Source: Haloferacaceae archaeon (GTDB lineage Archaea > Halobacteriota > Halobacteria > Halobacteriales > Haloferacaceae). From it: DNA of 64,000 nt. A program made the translations under genes and the position numbers. The stretch spans positions 1,272,320 to 1,336,319 of the forward strand of contig OY970248.1 in assembly GCA_963715525.1 (NCBI GenBank), given 5' to 3'. This document shows positions 56,938 through 64,000 of the stretch, piece by piece. Each line of letters opens with the position of its first letter. Within the stretch, counting starts at the first letter, position 1. Below the pieces are notes generated by a model. It was not told the DNA's origin and searched no databases. It saw nothing but the letters and a program-made list of their open reading frames with translations.

Positions 56938-58152
56938 TCAGAGTCCCGGGATCGCTTGCAGGACGTAATATGCCGCGAAGCTGACGAGTCCTGCTCCGAG
57001 CATCGAACCGACCCACGACCCGACGGTGTAGCCCGCTTTGCGCATCGAGACGCCACCGCCGCCGGACGAACTCGCTGCGAACCCGCTTCCGACGATACTC
57101 GCGATCATCACCTTGTTGAACGAGATCGGAATTCCGAGAACGATCGCCAGTTGAGCGATCAGAAACGCCGGTATGAGCGCGGCGATCGACCGTCGCGGAC
57201 CGAGCGAAGCGTACTCGTTCGAGACCGCCTGAATGATGCGAGGCGAGCGGGTCCATCCCCCGACGAGGATTCCCACGCCGCCGAGTGCGAGCAGGTAGAT
57301 CGAACTGAGATGGAGGTTAGACGAGAAGATCGCTTCGAGTGGACCGGTCGCTAACCCGACCTGTGACCCGCCGCTGGTGAAGACGACGATCAGTCCGAGG
57401 GCGATCAAGAACTGATTGATCCCCGCGGCCTCGTCGCGCCGGAGAAGCAGTCGGGTGACCGCGAGTGCAGTCACCCCGACGACTGCGCTCACGAGGATCA
57501 TCCCAACCGTGTACGAACCGACGAGTCCGGTGGGGAAGAGCCGATAGTGGGTTGCAACGAAACGGGCGACCGAACCCTGTCCGCCCGACCGAGTCGGAAT
57601 GATCGTCAGTTGGATGTTTGCGAGCGCGTAGCCGACAGCACCGGCGAGTACCGGAATTCCGACGACTTCGGGGACGGAATCACTGCGGAGGCCGCGTGCG
57701 AGACCGTAGGCGAGTACACCCTCGACGAGTGGAATCGCGAACCAGAACCCGAGGATGACGGCGTATTCGTGGACCGCAAATCCACCTCCGAGCGCGATTC
57801 CGGCCCCGATCATCGCTCCCGTAACCGTGAACGCGGACGGGATCGGATAGCCCCGTGAGTTTCCGATCGTGATGAGTGTCGCGGCCGTGAGCAGGGCCGC
57901 GGCCGCCGCTAGCGGCGTGATCGTCACCCCGTTGACGAGCCCGTTCCCGATCGTTTCCGAGATGTTTCCACCTTGTAGTATCGCACCGAGACCGGCCACC
58001 AGGCCGACGAGGAGCGCTGCCCGGAGAACAGACAGTGCATTCGCTCCCACGGCGGGTGCGACGGGGGCGGAGTTGCTGTTGGCTCCCACGGTAAACGACA
58101 TGAACAGCGCAGCGGCGAGCGCGATACCCAAAACGAGAACTAACGAGGGCAT
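56938..58152 (-). CDS. PiT-family inorganic phosphate/anion permease
   Basis: About ten TM helices. N-terminal FTVGANSNSAPVAPAVGANAL resembles the PHO4 GANDVAN signature repeat. Confidence 0.65.
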   Translation of the reverse strand: MPSLVLVLGIALAAALFMSFTVGANSNSAPVAPAVGANALSVLRAALLVGLVAGLGAILQGGNISETIGNGLVNGVTITPLAAAAALLTAATLITIGNSRGYPIPSAFTVTGAMIGAGIALGGGFAVHEYAVILGFWFAIPLVEGVLAYGLARGLRSDSVPEVVGIPVLAGAVGYALANIQLTIIPTRSGGQGSVARFVATHYRLFPTGLVGSYTVGMILVSAVVGVTALAVTRLLLRRDEAAGINQFLIALGLIVVFTSGGSQVGLATGPLEAIFSSNLHLSSIYLLALGGVGILVGGWTRSPRIIQAVSNEYASLGPRRSIAALIPAFLIAQLAIVLGIPISFNKVMIASIVGSGFAASSSGGGGVSMRKAGYTVGSWVGSMLGAGLVSFAAYYVLQAIPGL

Positions 58153-58429
58153 TGAGATTGATGCGACGTTACTATCCTTCGATCTTTTCGGCGGTAGTAC
58201 AGCAGGCGACTCGACACTGCCATTCCGTTTGATCCTCGTCCACCGATAGCAATGAATGTCCCGATTTCAGGCATATTCGACCTTCTTCTGCCAATATTCG
58301 CGATAACCCATGAGGACGTGATCGGCATCTCTTATGTCGACCGACGTTCCGATGAGCGACGTAGACCTGTCGGAACGAACGATCGATATACCAAACGCTC
58401 GAACGGATCGTTACGATGTGTGATCCGGT

Positions 58430-60985
58430 CTAATCCGACGACGTGAACTCCAGATAGCGTTTGATGATCTCCCGCTCTTCAGTACTGATACTAAACGCCC
58501 GATAGACGAGTTCGTTAATCTCGTTCTCGACAGATTCGACCGTCTCCGCTGGTGCCCGTATCTGATCGACTAAGGCGGCGACGTATCCCATCATCTCCTC
58601 TACCGACACAACGTCCTCAACTGAGTACTGGTCGACTGATCGTTCCTCGGCCTCCGACGGGTCGGCGTATAGTACTGGGAGGTTCTCGATGTAGGATTTG
58701 TTGTACCGGAATCGGTCCGCGTACAGTTGTGTGCTCGAATCCGCTTTCAGATAGAACTCTACTAAGTCACTGTTCAATAAACCGAGTAGGTAGCGATACA
58801 GTACCGGACTCTCTTCGGTAAGTAGAATCGAATAACAGCTCCCAATACAGAAGAATCCGGCCGTATCGATGGCGAAACTGTTCCCCGGTGCCATCTCCGG
58901 GGTGACGATCTTGTTCTCGACATCGAAGTAATCCGGATGTTGCGGAACCCAGCATTCGTACCAGTCCCGGCCAGCGTCTTCCAGATACGAACGGCCCGCT
59001 AACTGTTCGTAATGACTCTCCAGATACTCTTTCGCGTTCGGATACTCATCGAGGTCGACCGGCTTTATCGACCCGTCGACCACTTCGTGAGGGTACAAGA
59101 TGTAACTGGGCTTCTTCGAGTCCTCGGCGGACCAGTCGATCGACCACCGCGAAACGTTTTTCCCGCTTATCGCCGGGTAGAGTAATTCTTCCTCTAGCCC
59201 GTACTGTTCGATCGTCGAATCGGTTATCGGATCGACGAAGACGTCGTTCGCCGTCGTTTTGATTCCGACGCTGATCTTCCGTGCGATCGACCCCAGATCG
59301 TCCGTTTTCTTCCGGTCGATCTTCTCGATGAGGCTGTCCTCCCGCTCGGGAATGAAGGTCCACGTCGCGTCCTCGGATTCCGGCAGACGACTTCGGAAGC
59401 AACGTAGTTTCATCGTTTCGGTATCCCCGTTCAACCCCACACTGTATCTCCCCTCAAAGAGATCGTCCGTGAGGTGAGAGTCGATCAGAGAGAGGAGATC
59501 ATCGCACCGTTCGCTATCGCCTTCGGCGTCTGCCTGTTTGAGAACACTGTACCCAATCGAATCTGTCTCTGCCCCCTTCTGGGCCACGAGGATGCAGGGC
59601 AAGACCGTGACGCCAAATACGTTCGTGTCGGTGAAATCGATCAGCGTGTCTATGGCGGCGTTTTCACGGAGGAAGGAACGTAGTCCTTCGCCGTACTGCG
59701 TGGTGAGGAATTTGTTGGACGTGATGACCCCGATGCTCCCGTCACAGTGGAGCGCATCCACGCCGTATTCCACGAACAGGACGGACAAATCGAACCGTCC
59801 CGTCGCCGACTTAAACCCCTCTTTGTATTCCGTTCTTCGCTCTTTGGCGACCTTTTGGATGCGGACGTACGGCGGATTTCCAACGACCGTGTCGTATTTC
59901 ACGTTATCCCGTAGCACGTGACCGGCGACTCGGTCGAAACGACCGTGAGCCGTCTTGCCCGCCGGCCGGTTCGACTCGTCCTCGTACTCGGAGACGAGTC
60001 GATTTAGAGTGGTCTCCTCATCGCGGTTGTAATCCGGTGCGGCGATTCGTTGGAGATGAACCGCATCGACGTACTCCTCTCTGATGTCGCCGCCGTCCGT
60101 AAATCGAGCCAACGTCTGATTCGTATCGTCTCCGAGGTCCGTACGGTCACGAGCTAAGGAATTGATATTGAATACTGGTAGCTTCTGTATCTTGTAATTC
60201 CCATCCCCGTCGAGGTACGGGTAGAGGGTCAGAAAGAGTCGTAATCGGGCGATTTCGCACGCAAACGGGCTGATGTCGAACCCGACTACTCGTGGGTAAT
60301 TACAGATGTAGTACGCCGCCTCGGCATCGCTCAGGTTGTCTGGTTTTGCTGCGAGAAGGCGTTGTACAGCCGACACTAAGAACGAGCCAGACCCACAGGC
60401 AGGGTCCATAAGGCGCTGATTCCAGTGGTCTTCGTCATAACCCGTGTTGTCGAGGAGGTAGTCGATGATACGCTCGCTCGTATAGAACTCACCGAGTTCT
60501 TTCCTGAGTCTCTCATCGAACACGTCGTGGTAGATCTCCCCGAGTGCGTCGTGCTTCTCTTCGATCCCGACGGAATCTATTTCGAAGAGGGTAGACGGAA
60601 CAGACACCTCGATACCACTCTCGAAGACGCGGAACGGCCACGTATAGACGCTCTTCGAGAGCTCTGAGTAGTACCGCTCCGACGAGTGAACTTGCCAGTC
60701 GTGTAGCTCCCTGAACGTTGATGGCGTCGCATCGTCCATCTCCGAGGCAACGACGGTTCTGAATGCGAGTGACAGAGCGGTCTCTACACAGAAGTAGCCT
60801 ACGTCTGCATCCTCAGTCGTTAACTGACGCGTCCATGCGTCGGGGAGTGCCCGCTCACTACTTCGGGTCGAAACCCACTCCTCGTATCGTTCAGCGCAGA
60901 CTGGGTCGTCTCTGTCGAAGACTCGAATCAACTCGTTAACCGCCTCTACCAAAGACGAGGGCTGGTCCAGCGTTAATTTCTGCAT
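58430..60985 (-). CDS. Eco57I-family gamma-class N6-adenine DNA methyltransferase with C-terminal target-recognition domain; solitary (no nuclease domain)
   Basis: Motif X LGEFYTSERIIDYL; motif I LMDPACGSGSFL; motif IV GNPPYVR. ~450-aa C-terminal TRD-like region. Third-position GC is markedly lower than in neighbouring genes. Confidence 0.85.
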   Translation of the reverse strand: MQKLTLDQPSSLVEAVNELIRVFDRDDPVCAERYEEWVSTRSSERALPDAWTRQLTTEDADVGYFCVETALSLAFRTVVASEMDDATPSTFRELHDWQVHSSERYYSELSKSVYTWPFRVFESGIEVSVPSTLFEIDSVGIEEKHDALGEIYHDVFDERLRKELGEFYTSERIIDYLLDNTGYDEDHWNQRLMDPACGSGSFLVSAVQRLLAAKPDNLSDAEAAYYICNYPRVVGFDISPFACEIARLRLFLTLYPYLDGDGNYKIQKLPVFNINSLARDRTDLGDDTNQTLARFTDGGDIREEYVDAVHLQRIAAPDYNRDEETTLNRLVSEYEDESNRPAGKTAHGRFDRVAGHVLRDNVKYDTVVGNPPYVRIQKVAKERRTEYKEGFKSATGRFDLSVLFVEYGVDALHCDGSIGVITSNKFLTTQYGEGLRSFLRENAAIDTLIDFTDTNVFGVTVLPCILVAQKGAETDSIGYSVLKQADAEGDSERCDDLLSLIDSHLTDDLFEGRYSVGLNGDTETMKLRCFRSRLPESEDATWTFIPEREDSLIEKIDRKKTDDLGSIARKISVGIKTTANDVFVDPITDSTIEQYGLEEELLYPAISGKNVSRWSIDWSAEDSKKPSYILYPHEVVDGSIKPVDLDEYPNAKEYLESHYEQLAGRSYLEDAGRDWYECWVPQHPDYFDVENKIVTPEMAPGNSFAIDTAGFFCIGSCYSILLTEESPVLYRYLLGLLNSDLVEFYLKADSSTQLYADRFRYNKSYIENLPVLYADPSEAEERSVDQYSVEDVVSVEEMMGYVAALVDQIRAPAETVESVENEINELVYRAFSISTEEREIIKRYLEFTSSD

Positions 60986-61290
60986 GTGTTATCCGACGAA
61001 TCTGGGAAACAGGGGGAGTGGTTTCGGATGGACCATCCTGTTCTCCGTCTCTATACCGAGAACACATCCGAGACGAATATATAAGCTCCCGTATGAGGAA
61101 GCGCCCCACTCGAACCCAGTAAGCCCCGCTTGGCACCGATCTAGTCTCGTCGTGTAGATGGTTGAACAATCTCTGAATCAAGTGTTGCCGATGAAGTGAC
61201 GATCTATGAAATGACGTTGTTCAGCTATCTTCACCGAAGAGGACCGCGTTGCTTTTGCGATCCGTAGGACAACCCGGATCATCTACGACC

Positions 61291-61914
61291 ATGCCTGCTA
61301 CACTGTTCCCGGTAGACGTCGAAAGTGAACGACTTCGGTACGAACCGCTGCACGAGTCAGTCGAAGTCCTCGACCTATACGAGTATCACCGATCCGGGGA
61401 GATGGATTCCGTGATGCGCTCGCTCGGAGAGACGCCGCACGCGACACCGAAGGAAACGATGGACGAACTCGGTGAGAGCAGAAACGCGTGGGAAGCCGGT
61501 GAGCGCGCGACCTATGCCATCAAGTCGCGGTCTGACGAAGCGTTCGTCGGCGTCGCTGAACTGTGGCTCGAATGGGAAAAGCGAAAGGCTTCGCTCGGGA
61601 TCTGGATCCGAGAACCCTTCTGGGGACGTGGGTACTCGGCCGAACGAGCGGCAGTGATGTTGTACGTCGCCTTCCAGCGACTCGACCTCGAACTCGTGAG
61701 TGTCGGACACGAACGCGAAAACGAACGGTCGAAACGCTCCATCGAGAAGTACGTCGATTCCTACGGAGGTCAGTACGATGGGGTCCTCCGAAACTGGCTC
61801 CCTCCGGGTGACTTCGGAGGACCACGGGACCTACACACGTACAGTATCTCGCAGACGCAGTGGCGGGAGGCTGTCACGAAAGAGGAATTAGCGACGGTGC
61901 GGGTCAACCCATAG
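61291..61914 (+). CDS. GNAT family N-acetyltransferase (RimJ/RimL-like)
   Basis: WGRGYSAEA motif; Acetyltransf_3-like layout. Reduced GC3. Confidence 0.75.
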   Translation: MPATLFPVDVESERLRYEPLHESVEVLDLYEYHRSGEMDSVMRSLGETPHATPKETMDELGESRNAWEAGERATYAIKSRSDEAFVGVAELWLEWEKRKASLGIWIREPFWGRGYSAERAAVMLYVAFQRLDLELVSVGHERENERSKRSIEKYVDSYGGQYDGVLRNWLPPGDFGGPRDLHTYSISQTQWREAVTKEELATVRVNP

Positions 61915-62100
61915 GACTCGTCGAGTCGGTATCTGTCGGGTTCTCGGCTATAACACTTCGAAGAGACCGCGAGTACTTTCGACTCGTCAGAGAACACGGC
62001 GAGGACGTCGACGTATCGGGAGTTCCGCTCGAACCCAGCGACGGTGAACGAGCCTCTTCGTTCGATAGATGTATCAAGACTCACCGTGATGTGTTCCAGT

Positions 62101-62277
62101 ATGTCAGTTCAACAAGCTATTCTCGTCGAACTGTTCGCGATCCTTCTTGTTCTGTTCGGCAGTCTCACACTACTCAACGGCGGCTATCCCCGTTTTGAAT
62201 GGGTGCTGATTATCGGGCTCTGTATCGGGATCATCAGTGTGATGTGGGGTCTTTTCGACGGGTTCGCTAGCCCGTGA
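62101..62277 (+). CDS. hypothetical small membrane protein (58 aa)
   Basis: Two hydrophobic helices. Low GC for this genome, so weak. Confidence 0.3.
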   Translation: MSVQQAILVELFAILLVLFGSLTLLNGGYPRFEWVLIIGLCIGIISVMWGLFDGFASP

Positions 62278-62320
62278 TATCGAATGAAAAGTCGTTCCGC
62301 GCTCGTGTGTTCAATCTCAC

Positions 62321-62351
62321 CGGTTCTCCCGTTGCTCGACCTTGTTTCGGT
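62321..62351. repeat. left copy of a 31-bp imperfect direct repeat bracketing the VOC gene
   Basis: ccggttctcccgttgctcgaccttgtttcgg; 27/31 identical to the copy at 63030-63060. Confidence 0.5.
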
Positions 62352-62415
62352 CTCAGATCAGCGTTACAGATATTATCCATCCCACCGCTTTCAGAGGGCG
62401 TCGCCGAAGTGACTA

Positions 62416-62844
62416 TCACTCTTCGATTCCGAACCCCGGATTCCAGACGACTTCCCACAGGTGTTCGTCCGGGTCTTGGAAGTGGCCGGTATATCCGCCC
62501 CACTCGCGGTCACGAGGCGGGTCGGTGATTTCCGCACCGGCTTCTTCCGCCGTCTTCATCACGTCGTCGACCGCTTCTTTCGACGCGACATTGTGGCCGA
62601 TAGTGAACTCCGCAGGACTCGACGCAGTTTCATCGACGTTCGCGTCTTCCGCGATTTGATGTTTCGGATACAGTGCAAGTTGCAAGCCGTTGCTCAACGG
62701 GAAGAAGGCGACGGCTCCGCCTTCGAACTCCGTCCCGACGATGCCCTCCGTCGGCCAGCCCAAGCCATCGCGGTAAAAGGTGAGTGACTGTTCTAGGTCG
62801 CTGACTCCCAACGTAATGACGGTGATGCGCGGTTCCATGATCAC
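62416..62844 (-). CDS. VOC family (glyoxalase/bleomycin resistance) protein
   Basis: ITLGVSDLEQSLTFYRDGLGW ... DPDEHLWEVVWNP is the VOC signature. Confidence 0.8.
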   Translation of the reverse strand: MIMEPRITVITLGVSDLEQSLTFYRDGLGWPTEGIVGTEFEGGAVAFFPLSNGLQLALYPKHQIAEDANVDETASSPAEFTIGHNVASKEAVDDVMKTAEEAGAEITDPPRDREWGGYTGHFQDPDEHLWEVVWNPGFGIEE

Positions 62845-63029
62845 TGGTCTAACTGGGCTGTGAATCGCCCGCAGACCGGCGTACGGATGGACTGGTGACG
62901 AAATAGTCTTTCGTATGCATCAGAGAGTTGTGATGAAGTCGATCAACCGAGAATTACGAGAACAGCTAACGGGAGATACTCTCGAAGCTAAACAGCCCAG
63001 ACGCGGCCTAAAATCCCCGTTTTCGGCTA

Positions 63030-63060
63030 CCGATTCTCCCGTTGCTCCACCTTGTTCAGG
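63030..63060. repeat. right copy of the 31-bp imperfect direct repeat bracketing the VOC gene
   Basis: ccgattctcccgttgctccaccttgttcagg. Confidence 0.5.
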
Positions 63061-63098
63061 TAGCTGAAATCCATGGTGCGACTACCTGAAAGTAAGAC

Positions 63099-63147
63099 GT
63101 GGGCAATAGTGGGTAAGGGTTATTCGGCAGTGGGTCATAGTGGGTAA
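63099..63147 (+). promoter_or_regulatory. candidate operator of the MazEF-like operon: GTGGGYAA x4 including two atagtgggtaa copies 31 bp apart
   Basis: gtgggcaa (63099), gtgggtaa (63109), gtgggtca (63130), gtgggtaa (63140), ending at the antitoxin start. Confidence 0.4.
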
Positions 63148-63151
63148 CATC

Positions 63152-63388
63152 ATGAAAGTGGACGCCCGTGACCTCCGAACCAACGATACCGACGACCGAG
63201 GTCGAATCTACCTCGGGACGGAGTACGCGAATAAACGTGTCACAGTTGCTGTGGTCGAGGTCGAATCAGACCACCCCGAGGAGGAGGAGTTGGCCGCCGC
63301 GTACCGCGAGGCTTCCGAGAGCGCGGAATCGTTAGCCGAGGAGTGGGACGAAGCGTCAGACGAGGCGTGGAACGGACTGGACGAATGA
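63152..63388 (+). CDS. MazE/AbrB-like antitoxin (swapped-hairpin DNA-binding fold) with acidic C-terminal tail
   Basis: MKVDARDLRTNDTDDRGRIYLGTEYANKRVTV is an AbrB/MazE-type N-domain. Stop overlaps the toxin start (ATGA). Confidence 0.6.
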   Translation: MKVDARDLRTNDTDDRGRIYLGTEYANKRVTVAVVEVESDHPEEEELAAAYREASESAESLAEEWDEASDEAWNGLDE

Positions 63389-63738
63389 GTGAGAAGACCG
63401 AGGTTCGACGAGGAGACGTCGTAATCGTCCGCCTCGACCCTGCCGAGGGCCACGAGATGAAGAAGACACGGCCTGCGGTCGTCGTTCAGAACGACGTCGG
63501 AAACAGGAACGCAAGTACGACCATCGTCGCACCCGCGACAGGAACGTACCGTGGCTATCCGTTCGAGGTACTCGTCGAGGCGTCGGAATCGGCATTCGAG
63601 AAGGACTCGTCGGTTCGTCTCGACCAGATTCGCGTCGTCTCCATCGAGAAGCGGATTCACTCCGTCGTCGGGAGTCTCGACGCGGAGACGATGGAAGCGG
63701 TGGACGAAGCGTTGAAACTGAGTCTCGGACTCGATTGA
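63385..63738 (+). CDS. MazF/PemK-family endoribonuclease toxin
   Basis: RGDVVIVRLDPAEGHEMKKTRPAVVVQND....STTIVAPATG follows the PemK/MazF fold signature. Confidence 0.8.
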   Translation: MSEKTEVRRGDVVIVRLDPAEGHEMKKTRPAVVVQNDVGNRNASTTIVAPATGTYRGYPFEVLVEASESAFEKDSSVRLDQIRVVSIEKRIHSVVGSLDAETMEAVDEALKLSLGLD

Positions 63739-63868
63739 GTAAGCGAGAGTGCCTTTGCACTCGTTGGCTCGGTTCTCGGCTGACGGTCCAGACTCCGCTC
63801 ACGCTCACGGATTTCTGGCTTAAGAGACCGTGATTGGAGTCTGGATGGCTGTGCGAATCGAATTAGCG

Positions 63869-64000
63869 TCACTGACTCATCGACTCTGCACGTCGCCTTC
63901 GTTGCCTTCGACGAAAGCCGTATTCGAGACCACCGACGAGGAGAGCGACGCCGAGGACGACGACCCACCCGAGCAGGTACCAGCCGAACGCGGTCGGCCC
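63869..64000 (-). CDS. 3' end of a membrane-protein gene entering from beyond the window end
   Basis: Open high-GC3 frame from the window edge encoding ...GPTAFGWYLLGWVVVLGVALLVGGLEYGFRRRQRRRRAESMSQ*. Absent from the ORF track because it lacks a Met. Confidence 0.3.
   Translation of the reverse strand, partial: GPTAFGWYLLGWVVVLGVALLVGGLEYGFRRRQRRRRAESMSQ

Noticed and set aside
58430-60985. Type IIG (fused REase-MTase) interpretation of the 851-aa methyltransferase
   Set aside because: The ~190 aa preceding motif X look like the usual helical N-terminal region of Eco57I-family MTases. They contain no PD-(D/E)xK or HNH-like motif, and the total length is too short for known IIG enzymes.

Overview
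High-GC (~66-68 %) haloarchaeal chromosomal window (acidic proteomes, Tat signals, leaderless starts). It is densely packed with ~70 housekeeping genes on both strands. These include an AMP-forming acyl-CoA synthetase, ADP-forming acetyl-CoA synthetase (ACD) with a DRTGG partner, Thi4, TFB, pyruvate kinase and AspRS. Also present are the archaeal CoA-pathway pair pantoate kinase and phosphopantothenate synthetase, DGGGP synthase, CysK, SurE, beta-carbonic anhydrase, HisH, a ZIP transporter, an RCK K+ channel and an SPFH/NfeD pair. One tRNA-Arg(TCG) is present. No rRNA, CRISPR array or transposase was found. The most unusual part is the right-hand ~5.7 kb (about 58.15-63.85 kb), which has clearly reduced third-position GC. 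It carries a solitary 851-aa Eco57I-family gamma-class N6-adenine DNA methyltransferase (DPACGSG / NPPY motifs, C-terminal TRD) with no recognisable nuclease. It also carries a RimL-like GNAT, a small TM protein, a VOC gene bracketed by 31-bp imperfect direct repeats, and an overlapping MazE/MazF-like toxin-antitoxin pair with operator-like repeats. Other notable items follow. An ATP-grasp-like gene is apparently disrupted (frameshift in a C6 homopolymer plus an in-frame TGA) and runs in-frame into a DUF2891-like gene. Several phased direct-repeat arrays sit in intergenic regions (38.92 kb, 49.8 kb, 26.4 kb). An AT-rich 467-bp convergent spacer with repeats lies at 4.9-5.35 kb. Tandem repeats span the stop codon of the K+ channel gene. 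A CHRD protein has a His-rich repeat tail. No single novel multi-gene system stands out; the low-GC methyltransferase/TA island is the best candidate.
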